DNA of 62,892 nucleotides, filler included, from Choristocarpus tenellus KU-1152 (lineage: Eukaryota; Protista; Phaeophyceae), in the NCBI GenBank assembly GCA_964200185.2. It is 9 parts of 9 records of this genome, joined end to end, with 100 filler letters (N's around TTAATTAATTAA, not from the genome) between each part and the next. Parts side by side here need not be neighbours in the genome. Positions count along the whole stretch, not along the records: positions 48,511 to 60,044 come from CAXNAD020002273.1; positions 60,145 to 62,892 come from CAXNAD020025080.1; 7 more parts are not named here. One strand, written 5' to 3'. The notes below the pieces were generated by a model that was given only the letters and a program-made list of their open reading frames with translations, did no database searches and was not told the origin of the DNA. The position numbers and the translations under genes are program-made. Positions 51,997 to 62,892 of the stretch are shown here, piece by piece (position 1 is the stretch's first letter; every line of letters starts with the position of its first letter).

Positions 51997-52426
51997 TGTG
52001 GAATGCAGGTTGTCTCTTATCATCTCATTATTGCCACATATGTCATATACCATCATACCGATTTAGGTTATTTTCTGAGAACTCCGGTTTAACTATGTGG
52101 AGGATCTTCGGAAGGATAGGTTTCCGTGACTTCCCGTAACGTCTCTTCACGAACACATTTTTCCGAAGGCTATTCTCATATATCTGAATGGTTTCTTTTC
52201 TGAAACCCATCCGAACCATGATCCTCTCCACTTCCCCAGTCTCTCCACAATTTTCTGCATTTCCATGCAGTCTTCCACTTGTCCAGCCTTAATCTTGTCC
52301 TCCATGTTACGGTTCATCTTGGTTCATCTTGGTTCATCTTGGCTCATCTGGTCCGTCTTGCCTGATGATTCTCTTCACCACTCTTGTCTAAGTGAACCAC
52401 ACCCCCACAGATTCATACGATTCATA
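51997..52426 (+). mobile_element. LTR-like left arm of a large inverted repeat
   Basis: TGTGGAAT...GATTCATA followed by T TGGGGACACCG (PBS-like). Reverse complement of 52537-52930; contains a GGTTCATCTT tandem expansion. Confidence 0.85.
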
Positions 52427-52431
52427 TTGGG

Positions 52432-52535
52432 GACACCGTAACCAGGTGGTTAAGGTACAAGCTTGTTGAAGGTACAAGCTTGTTAAGTTTGTGTGATTCG
52501 CGTGTGAGGGAGTTCGAATCTCATCGGTGTCGCCA
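52432..52535 (+). pseudogene. Full-length degenerate tRNA-Ser-derived sequence with encoded CCA
   Basis: Acceptor GACACCG/CGGTGTC-G-CCA, D-loop GTGGTTAAGG, T-loop GTTCGAATC. Internal ~17-nt duplication (AAGGTACAAGCTTGTT); anticodon reads GTT here versus GCT at 37168. Confidence 0.85.
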
Positions 52536-52536
52536 A

Positions 52537-52930
52537 TATGAATCATATGAATCTGTGGTGGCTTGGTTCACTTAGACAAGAGTGGTAAGAGAATCACCAG
52601 GCAAGACGAACCATAACCGAGAATGACGAGATTAGGTTGAACAAGTGCAAGACTGCAAGGAATTACAAAATATTGTGGAGAGACTGAGGGAGTGGAGAGA
52701 ATCACTGTTCAGATGGGTTTCAGAAAAGAAACCCTTCAGAGATCGGAGATCCGCCTTCGGAAAAAAGTGTTCATGAAGAGACGTTACGGGAAGTCACGGA
52801 AAAATATCCTTCTGAAGATCCTTCACATAGTTGATCCGAAGTTCTCAGAACCTAAGAACCTAAATCGGTAGGACGCTATATGGCATATATGGAAATAATG
52901 ACATGATAACAGATAGCCCTGCTCTCCACA
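52537..52930 (-). mobile_element. LTR-like right arm of the inverted repeat
   Basis: Minus strand reads TGTGGAGAGCAGGG...GATTCATA T TGGCGACACCG. Confidence 0.85.
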
Positions 52931-55900
52931 CTTGCAGCAATTGATCGAGTAGTTTAAAAATGGAGGGAAACGCAGCATAAATGCGGAGGAGGCTGCTGCC
53001 TGTATGAATATTATGTGTTTGAACTTATTCTTCTCTTCATAGAAACCTGTTTTCGATTATCCAATCCTGTATGGCGACCATAGCCTATTATACACAACCT
53101 ATACTATCCCATCATATCTGTCAATATGCCACAAAAAACGTCAACAATAAGACGTCAACGCCAATAGGCGACTCTACCGCAAGATTCGAGGGAGGAAGGG
53201 ACCAACGAGGGATGGGACCATGGCATCTTCATGTACAGCCCATTCATTTGACTGCCTCAGAAGCACTGCCACTCCTTACATGGCAAGAGTTGCCAGGAGG
53301 GTGGTGTGCAAGTGACCAAGCTTGAGCGAATCTCCTGGAAGCCTGGGAGTAGCAGGAAATGGCATTGAGATGGGAGCATGGCATCTTCATCCACAGTCGA
53401 TTTGTTGTTGAAAGCTGCCTCAGAAAAACTGCTACCACTGCAATGGATTGAATTACCAGAAGGATGGGGGTGGGGAGGGAACAAGCTCAAGCAAATTTCC
53501 TGGAAGCTTGGGAGGAGCAGGAAAGGGCATGGAAAAAACTGCACAAACATCTCTAAAACTTCCTTTTCAAGAAGGTGTTGAGGGTGCCTGGCAAACAGCT
53601 CAAACGGGTGAGGGCATCCGTCATACAGCTCTTTGAAACCGAAACCAGGAAGATGGAACACTGTCTAGGGATCAAACTGGTTTCTACCAACAACTCGTGA
53701 AAGGGCTTTTGAGATAGAAAGGATAAGACAGAGTTAGTTCCTTTGAAACATCCACGACAAATCTGGCAGGCTACGGATGGAGCTAGCAATCATCAAGAAA
53801 CAGTGGAGGCGATACATTGGTGTGCTCCATAATGACAAGTTGGTCAACGTCAACCCCCGTATGTTGCAGCCCTCGACCAACGATCTACTTGCATTAATAC
53901 TTATGTTTCTTCTTCTCATCATTAGTCTGAGGGTCCCAGACCTGTGGTCCAAAGGCAGTCAGAAGAAAAAGGGCAATACCACATAGGAGGCGATCAATAG
54001 GGGGTGGGGCAACACTTGAGCAGCTTTTGTAGGGTAGCATTTCTGCTGAAGATGCAGGCATTGTGTCCAAGACCCAATGAGGTTTGTTCAGGACGATGGT
54101 GGTAATTGTGAAAGTGGCCTCATCTTTGAACTGATCGTGTTGGAGCTGATTGTGGAGACCCTGTCCTTTGACCTCCCAATACGTTCGAAGACATTATGCA
54201 GTTCCGGGCTTTGGGCTATCACTAAAAGAACACTGGCACATTTGTTTACTTTGGAGTCACCGTAAGTGATGAAGTTGCAATAATATCACTTGAGCTGATT
54301 CTAATGCTCAAGATCGAAGTGCCTGAGGTTCTGTCATATGGGTTTGTGACATGAACACTCTGCCAGGTCCACCAGCTCAGGCACTTCGCTCCCACCATTT
54401 CAAATTCCTTCTATGCCACATCGAATTTCTCAAACAGGAACACCCCAATCACACCTTGTCCTAAAAGGATGCCTTTGAGAAGACTGGGTGTGAGAGTATG
54501 CAGGTGATTGTGCAAAAACAGAGACTCCTATTTGCAGGGTGAGTTACATGGATAGTGGATGAGCGACTTCCAAAGGTATTGATGTTTGGGGAGTTTGCTG
54601 ATGGAGAGCGGAAGAAGGCAAGCAGGAGAAGAACATCCACCATGGTGGAGGTGCCTGCAAGACAACCTCGCGAAATTTGGTACCACAGTTGAGGGATGGG
54701 GCACAAAGGGTACCAAACCAACACAGATGTTATGAGTGTGTGGTTGAAAGAACAATGAGCTTCATGAGCAAGTGGCATATTCGAAGGGGAAGCTATGATA
54801 GGTGATGTATGACATTGCTCAAGCAGCACCTGAGGCAGCCCAAGCAGATCAAGGCACAACATACATACTCACCAGTCTGCTGAATGGCGCTTTCTCATTA
54901 TCTTTCTCTTTTTGGGTTGATTTTCTTATGCCCCTCTCTCCTTTCCTTTCTTCTCTCTTTGTGTGACATGTGACTTACGAGTGGTGTTTGGACTGGATGG
55001 ATGTGATGTGACACTAACGTTTTTTCTTTTCCCCGTTTCCCTAAGGATCTGACTATGTGTGACAGTGCTATGGAGGTCCTATCTCAAGTATTTTTTGACA
55101 GTGCTTTTCATCGAGTTTCTCTTCACTACCCTTTTTTAATACAGCCACCCCAATCTCTTATTTCCTCTTTTCTCTTCTATAGTCTTGCTATTTTCTCAGG
55201 CAGTGCGTACTGCCTTCCTCTGACAACCCCTGCAGCGAATGTGAAGAACAAAAATATTTTTTTTACTTCCAATTAAATATTCTTCACAATCGTGTTGCGT
55301 TTATAAACGATAACATCTGCACTGTGTTCTCGAGCATTATTGTATCATGCGTCGAACTTAATATTAACATTAATTTGCAGAAATCAACCAATGGATAGTC
55401 TACGCTGTACGATTTGGATTTCACGGAATGGACATGAATAGGGATGGGAGCATGATGTTCAATTTTTCGGAATGATGGTAATGTCCACTGTGCAGATCAT
55501 TTGAGGATGTGGTGACAGTCACTGTTCTGGAGAAGGAACAATGTACTATGGCTAAGATATGATGTTCCCAAGCATTTTCTGGACAGCGGACATAATACAG
55601 CAATTGTGCTGAGCATTGCCATTACAACACGCAATACATGCAAGGCTACACATGCTTGTACAGCAAATGGACTCAGGTGTTACATGGACAAAGGTTCTCC
55701 AAACGCTGTCCTGATAAAAGAATGTTACAGAGCAAATCGGCCCTAACCTTGTCCTTGGATGCTATTAGTAACAGACATTATGGGAAAATTTTAGCTGAAT
55801 GTCCCAAGGTAGTAGGTGGGGTGGAAACATATTTAAAGTATCGCAGATTCCTGACAGATGCAAGATCAATGTCCCCTCATTATAACAATTTCAGCGTGAA

Positions 55901-56461
55901 AAACCACCCACTATCCTTGTAGCATCTACACAGATAATAACCACTCTATGTAACCATCCAATATGACAGTGACATATGAAGTAGCAGCTGTCTTAGAGAG
56001 ATACTTCTCCCAGTCAGCTTCACCTCCCCCTTCCGCCATAAATGCTCTTTCAGCACAGTGGAACAGGGTCATTCCTCCACATTACTTATCTCTCCATGAC
56101 TGGCAGTGTGTAGTGCAGGAACAGTTGCAATGTGGAGTGGACGCAAGTTCAAAGTAGAGATCATCTACCCTCCTGCACCACATGCTCAACTCATTTCACT
56201 ACAGTTCAACTTTGGAGAACCCACAGTCAACAATTTCTGCCACAGAAGAATATAAACGGTTCTAAGGAATCCTACAAGTGAGCATGATTGTTCCTCTACA
56301 TATTTTCAATGAATCAAGAGTAGCTCACTGGACAGGTGCATGTGGCAGTGAAGTACATGGTCAATAATGCACATAAAAAGTCCAAAGGATGAAAGTAACC
56401 ACACAATTTTTCAGAGCAGAAAGCAGCTGATAACCCACTCAGTCCTTGCACAGGTCACAGA

Positions 56462-56465
<4 letters not shown>

Positions 56466-56498
<33 letters not shown>

Positions 56499-56574
56499 GC
56501 GTGTGCGTGTGTGTGTGTGCGTGTGTGCATGTGTGTTTGTTTGTGCGTGTGCGTGTGCGTGTGTGCATGTGTGT
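56466..56574. repeat. (TG)n/(TGCG) compound microsatellite just 3' of the glyoxalase stop codon
   Basis: Direct reading. Confidence 0.95.
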
Positions 56575-56597
56575 AAATGGACTGAAACATTGAAGGG

Positions 56598-59500
56598 TCA
56601 CGAAGTCTCCAGCACAGCTCCCCGGAGTATCAGTTGCACATGGTACCCATCAGGGTCACGAAACCGAAGGACTTTCCCATCAGGCATCCCTGGCTCTGCC
56701 AACTCTTCACAACCTCGTTCCCTCAATGTATTGGCAATACCTTCAATGTCATCCACAATAAAACCGACATGCCCAAAGCCCTGTTGAGAGCAGATTGCAT
56801 GGGGGCATGGGGGAATAGAAAGGGCTGATCTTGTGGGCCTTGTGGGCAAAAAATGAAGGCTACTTACTGGGGTTTCATCCTTGACAATCCAGAGTACTTC
56901 GAAGAAGCATAGCAAAAAAGGAGGGTGATGACATTGCAGGTTGTAACCATGGCACAAGAAATTCCTACAATAAGGACGTGTTAGGTTGCTTTCACAACAA
57001 GGGCACCATACAAGTACTCCAAGAAAACTGAAGTCAGCATTGCATCATTTGCAGAGACAGGAGAAACATCCTCGATAAAACATTATGGTACTTGCAACAC
57101 TTGTTAACTGCATTGCACCAGAAACGAGGAACAGCTTACCTTGTATGGGACAATTTAGCTGAAACCTCACGTGAATTCTAGTGGTAGGAAATCTTCACCT
57201 ATCAAGGAAAAATAGTTAGCCCTTTCCGTATTTTGAATATCTACCGCAAAACTACCAAAACCCCAGAAGCATGTACACTTATATTTAGTGTATGTGATTA
57301 ACTCCCCTGTACTCCTTAGTCCTTACACTTACAAAGCACACCAAGCATTCGTTAAGCATGTTTCCTATACAAAAATCATAAAGGTACTCTGTTTTCAGTT
57401 GAGATGCTGGCTCACCAAGGGTTCCGAGTTTCCATCATGGTACATAAAGTCTGGCTGGTTTTCTGTCCCATGATTGTGGGTCAGCTCCAGTACAGGTGCA
57501 AATGAACACGTCATCTGCTCATAAGCCTCGGTAGATGCTGGCAAAGGCCAGGTTGCCCGTTCCTCAGGTGAGAGGGACTGGAGGAAGTACAGAGAGAAGT
57601 CACTGAAGTGTTTCTCACAAACCTGGAAGAAATAGAGATAAGGAGAGGACATAAAATGGTCATATTCGCGTATCTTCTTTAAAAAACATATCCATCATAT
57701 CACTCTGACTAAAAAACATTCCATTAGAGGCTTAGGCATTGGCTTTCAAATATTTGTAGTCCTAGTGTTGTGCGAGACAAATTGAGTCAGAGGTGACCTA
57801 CATAGCAGCCCATCGGTTCACGTTAACACTATGTACCACAGACATGGGCTAAACGTATTTGAGAAGGTCATGACATACCCAACACCTCATGTAACATGTA
57901 GTGGGCACAGATACATACAACCTATCTCCACCATCCATCTCAAGTGTGCCCCCAGGAACTTACCAAGGTCATACCCAGACCTGCAGGCCCAGTATAGAAG
58001 TCCAAGGAGGTCCTGAAGTCCTTGACTCTGAGCATTGTCTGGCCTAGGTGATAAGGCTCAGAGTGCCCAGCCGCGGCATCTCGGGATACGATCTCTATCC
58101 AGTAGCCATCAGGGTCATATGCAAAGGCAAGTCCTTTCATCCGGCCCTCATCTTTATATGCACAAAATTGAGGTGCAAGGTGCCATTGGAGAGAGAGGAC
58201 AGAGTAGACACAGCAAAAGGACAATTACGTTAGTCAACTTTGCCAACACCTAGCTAGACATGGATCCTGCAATAGTTTCCGTCCTGTAATACCCACAAGC
58301 AAGCGCACTTCTGTGTTCAGCACAAAACCATATCTCAACAGGGCAATCCAAACACAAGAGGAGGTCTCAAGGTCAGCTCTTGAAAGGCGTATGTGCTTAA
58401 TATCCTGTGTGTACTCTATGACTACTACCACTATCTCAACCCCCCCAAAAAGCAATTCAAAGTGGACCCAACCATTCAGTCCATGGATACAAATAACAAC
58501 TGACAATGTCAACACCCAGCCCCTTCAATGATTCCATACTTCAAAATCAGAAACAGCCTCTGGACTCTGTAATAATATACACTACTCACAGAAATGTTGC
58601 AACAGTCAATACTAATCACCCTACCACCTGTTGTTGACACTATCAGTCACCTTGACCACAATCAGGAAAGCTCAATTCCACCTGACACCCTGAATGTTTG
58701 TCCCACCCTCTCCCCCTTTTAGGCATGTTGTTTCCATATACTGGTGGTGTGCATCCTACCTGGTTTCTTCTTGAACTCCACTCTTGCATTCTCCAGAATC
58801 GCACTTGCTGCATAGACATCGTCTGTCAAAAAGGCCAGGTGGCCAAATCCTCGCTTTGGTTCATCATTACCGCTGGAGTAGCGCAGGTCAGGGTCTTTCT
58901 CCACCCCATGAGTGTGCTGGAGCTCAATGCATGAATACTTCATGTCAAAGAGAAGCTTGTGGGCCTGTTGGATCAGGCAATGAGCTACAGTCAATGCAAT
59001 ATGCGGGATTGATTGGGTCGTCGACTGGATACGAAGGACACCGAGGCGTAACTTTGTGGTCAAACAGGGCATGAGGAAGTCAAATCAAAGGTGAGATACA
59101 CCCAGATAAGCCTCAACAACAGCAGCAACACGTACATTGTAACACAGCAAGCAGTCATAGCAACACCTGTGAAAAGGTTATCTCTCTCAAATTTCCTCCC
59201 CGGATCACCCCAGAACACCTCTGCGGTTCCCGGTGTAGGCCATGTATCTCCCTCCCTTAACGAGGCGACGTAGTAATTACTTCGACCCAAGGCTGGGAGG
59301 TGGTAGAAGTCGACCAGTTGCATACCATAGTTCTCCTCGTAATACCTCAAACTGGCAGATGGATCCTGTCGATGAATGCAGAATCATGGGCAATGTTACA
59401 AGATTGTGTAGTCCTAAGATGTACGAGTTTGACTCTAAACACAGGAAATTTCGGGAGGCCTTTTGGGTTGTATGTTTCATGACCCGTTCACAATCAGCAA

Positions 59501-59964
59501 CACAATCTGCAGAAAAATTATGCGATTATCGACTCTGACTCTGAACGCCTCCCCACTATAATAGACCAGGATTTGAAGTTTGGTTACTCAACACCCTTGG
59601 CAACGAATCAACAACCGATTTGATGACATCAACGCAGTGAATACAGGGTAGCACATAGAAACAAAGAAAAGCAGAGACGAAAGGATATTCTCTGACCAGA
59701 TCTCAGTTAACACATAGCATGAGTTTAATACCCCATCACCTTAACACGTATCATGGAGCGGTGCCATCTGCAACCGAAAGGGTTATTGTCATCCCTGTCA
59801 GAAGCAGATAGGGGTAGGTTTCTTGATGCTCCATTGAACTTAGTCCCTGCAAAAAGTGGAGATTCCATGTTAAACACGAAAGAAACAGTGATCTCCAGTC
59901 GATTGGCCAAGAAAAGGGCAGCAATCGTGGTGAGGGCACCCACTCTTGAAGAAGGAGCCATCAA
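56598..59964 (-). CDS. GLO1: Lactoylglutathione lyase (glyoxalase I), two-domain monomeric type, 6 exons, 384 aa, with N-terminal targeting leader
   Basis: Exons 59964-59740, 59365-59219, 58964-58760, 58151-57964, 57622-57416, 56780-56598 splice in frame. Motifs [70 protein letters not shown], DPDGY. Confidence 0.95.
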
Positions 59965-60000
59965 CAGTGGAGCAAGTGTCCTTCACTTTCAATAAGTGAA

Positions 60001-60044
60001 TGTATGTATGTATGTATGTATGTATGTATGTATGTATGTATGTA
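60001..60044. repeat. (TGTA)n microsatellite at contig end
   Basis: Direct reading. Confidence 0.95.
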
Positions 60045-61861
60045 NNNNNNNNNNNNNNNNNNNNNNNNNNNNNNNNNNNNNNNNNNNNTTAATTAATTAA
60101 NNNNNNNNNNNNNNNNNNNNNNNNNNNNNNNNNNNNNNNNNNNNACCCTCTTTCCCCCCACGCCCCTCTTCCACTCTCTCCAAACCCAACTATCACCCCC
60201 CCCTCTTTGTCCACATACCCCCCCCCCCCCCCCCAGAGCGCTCAATATACCAAACACCTTGTCCGGTTTGTGCAATTCGAAGAACATGGTCGTCCCAGGC
60301 GGTATGGCAGAGGTGCCCAAGGCATACGGCATTCCAGGTACATCAAAGTTCCATCCAAGCAGGTGAGCCAGGCCATACAAGAGCTCCCTGTGTGTAAATT
60401 GTATGCAACCAAACAGACAACATTTGTCTGCATATGTTGAGCATCAAAGGGTACATCTGAATCCTCCTTGCATGTATGTGTTGTGCTTAGTAGTGTCTGT
60501 GTGTCTGTGAACGCCTGAATATTTATTGATTGGCAGTGTGTCACAGTGTGTTGACCAGGGCCCTGGGGACAGCATGTGAGTGCTGACACACACACACACA
60601 CACACGCACACACACACAAAACACACTGAATATATGCACCTTGAGTTAAATCCTAGAAAGGTTGAAAAACGATGGATACGGATATGTGTCGCAGAACAAA
60701 AATGATGGATATGGATACATGGTCCCTATGTTTGCACTCCTGGGGGAGACTACTGCATCCCCGAGAACTTTGGAGCCGAACTGTTCTACACGGGAACTAC
60801 TCAGTCCTGCAAATCTCAATGTCTTCAAGAAAAAAACGAAAAATCTCAAGAGTGCACCAACAAAATAATAATAATAATAGTAATAATAATGTTCATGCAA
60901 AAATCAAAGTACGTACACTGGGTTATTGGTAGGGTTGCAAGAGACTATGTCAATCACGCTGAAAAAAATACTCGTAACATTCCTATGGCTACATTGGCAT
61001 ACCCGGTGCATTACCTTCAACAACCACAACAACAGCCAAGGATTAAGTTCAGCTCGTCAGAAGAAAAGAGCCCCTACCTGGTCTCTTTCACCTCACATCC
61101 CACACAACTTCAATTTGACAAAAGACAGTACACCCTTCCTCGACAAACAAACAAAAAATTCGCACAGGACTACGCCTTCAAAGTGCCTTCCAAGAAATTT
61201 TTATTAAGACTAAGGGAAAGAATCAGACAAGTGGAAAAAGGGAGAAAAAAAAAGATTGCAGGACAAGGTTGCAAACACAACCCTAAAAACTTTCAAAGAA
61301 CAATGGGATCAACCTTGGGTGGGAGAGGGGAGGAGGGCGTCCTTGTAACTTCATGGTATTATTGGGAGGTGTAATTGGGAGGGTAAGGAAAGGACAACAA
61401 CTTGCTACTACACCCAAACCCAAATATATATATATATATCAAATGATACAAATGCTGACATTGATAGGCTCTGGGCTATGTAAGGGCTAGGGATACAGGT
61501 ATAATTGGATGGGGAAGAGACAAGAAGAGGTATGGATTGGGTTGTCTTGCATCGCCACAGCTACAATGGTAGCATGTTAAACCCTCCCACCTGTGTCCAT
61601 GGTAGCTAATGTATCTTGTTGTGAGGGGCGTGCTGCTGTCGGCCCAATCCTTGACGGCTGTATCTTCAAGGTTTTGCAATATATGCCCAGGCATATCTCC
61701 AGTCCAGTATGTCACCTGAGCAAGAGACAAGAGTCGGTACAAAGTTGGGGGGGTAGATTTATGGGAGTATTTGGGGCGGGGGACTTAGGGGACCTGAGAA
61801 TGCTACTGTGAAGGGAGATTGATTTTGAAACATATGGCTCAAGCTTCAGAGGTGGTAACCT

Positions 61862-62057
61862 ACTCAAGGACAACTCAAGGACAACTCAAGGACAACTCAA
61901 GGACAACAGTACTATCTTTTACACCGCTCTGATGCTACTACATTTTCTTTTTCAAGTGCTTCATGTTGAATTACTTCATGTTGAATTACTTCATGTTGAA
62001 TTACCTCAGTCGCGCTTCGTAATATAGCACTATTCATTTTCAATATAGCACTATTCA
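61862..62057. repeat. Cluster of short tandem repeats
   Basis: ACTCAAGGACA x4 (61862-61905), CTTCATGTTGAATTA x3 (61959-62003), AATATAGCACTATTCA x2. Confidence 0.9.
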
Positions 62058-62892
62058 GATTACATCATCACACATTGAAGACACAAGATATACAAGTGAA
62101 CACATTGTATTTTCTTCTTGAACAACACACTTGTCGTAAGGGGTCACAAAAGTTCCAAGGAGATGAAAAAAAAAGTAGCACAGAAGAAAAACAAATCAGG
62201 GCCAAAACTAAATCTGCATTAATATTATATACCTCCATTCTCAATCCAATCCTAACCCTAACACTCTGAGTAGAAACAAAAATAAACCAAACCAAACCTC
62301 CTTCTGTACCTGATCCTAGCCCTTTCCCCATGTAGCTACACAATTCAGAGCACCAAGCACACAGTATCCTATTTTAAAACCTTCACCATAGAGATCCCCA
62401 GCTTTGAGTCATAACAAGTATTCAAGCTCTGAATGCCATGGCTTCAGCAATATATATCAAACCCTCAGCAGCTTTCTAGATGCAGCACGAATCATCCTAC
62501 CTGTTCTGGTCTAGTGTAGTACCTCTCCTGTAGCAGCTGGAATGCCAGTTGGGTAAGGTTGGAGTGCGCCTCTTCATCCATTAGCTCAAGTGAAACAAGA
62601 CCCTTGTGCCATAATATTCACCAAGTCGTATGTCACACACAGTTCGCGGCAAGGGGAGTTTGTTTTTGTTTTTTTGGGGGGGGGCAACTGAATGATCCAA
62701 TCTGTTCAACATGCCTTCAAGCCAGTTCTCATGCGTACATCTCCTCAATCAATTGATGGCATGAGGACACATCATGGTATGAGGTGGAGGCTAATTAAAT
62801 AACTTAGAGCTATTTAAAAAAAAAAAATCCCATGCAACACAAACCAGGCGCAAGCGGCAAACCCAACCCCCCCCCCCCCTCGCGCCCGGAAG

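Noticed and set aside
52043-52231. 62-aa ORF in the inverted-repeat arm
   Set aside because: Lies within LTR-like sequence, has no recognisable domain, and no matching ORF is called in the other arm.
52432-52535. Functional tRNA gene (Asn, GTT)
   Set aside because: Internal duplication, broken variable and T arms, encoded CCA and no poly-T terminator. The sister copy shows GCT/Ser identity.
53050-54880. Cluster of short ORFs as a host gene
   Set aside because: Many stops and no splice-consistent chain. Probably a decayed LINE, but motifs are too eroded to call.
56367-56787. Cys/Val-rich ORFs (CVCVCV)
   Set aside because: Translation of the (TG)n microsatellite, antisense to GLO1.
7630-60144. 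Recurrent TTAATTAATTAA motif inside N-runs
   Set aside because: Identical 100-nt spacer with stops in all six frames: an artificial contig linker. Many contigs break at MITE poly-G/C tracts.
60889-61374. 161-aa Lys/Gln-rich ORF
   Set aside because: A-rich compositional ORF next to an (AAT)n tract, with no domain or splice support.
61862-62057. CRISPR-like array
   Set aside because: Repeats are head-to-tail without unique spacers; no cas genes; eukaryotic context.

Overview
Repeat-rich eukaryotic nuclear DNA, probably from a photosynthetic stramenopile such as a brown alga. This is inferred from GT-AG intron-rich genes, a signal-peptide plus Phe plastid-type leader, and CRE-like retroelement sequence. 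The window is a pseudo-scaffold of nine contigs joined by eight 100-nt artificial spacers (44 N + TTAATTAATTAA + 44 N), so adjacency across gaps is uncertain. Host genes that can be spliced together from the sequence: (1) a 9-exon galactose-3-O-sulfotransferase-family gene (minus, ~13.5-19.0 kb); (2) two internal exons of a TBC1D19-like gene (37.9-39.5 kb); (3) a complete 4-exon peroxisomal delta3,5-delta2,4-dienoyl-CoA isomerase (ECH1, ends SKL); (4) a complete 6-exon two-domain glyoxalase I (minus) with one apparently degenerate active site. The rest is decayed Copia, Gypsy-like, LINE and CRE-like retroelements, nested LTRs, and three MITE families sharing a CAAAGTA terminal core. The most unusual structure is at 52.0-52.9 kb: two LTR-like sequences in inverted orientation enclose a full-length, CCA-bearing tRNA-Ser-derived copy. 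A second tRNA-LTR fusion lies at 37.2 kb and an LTR-only fragment at 19.7 kb.
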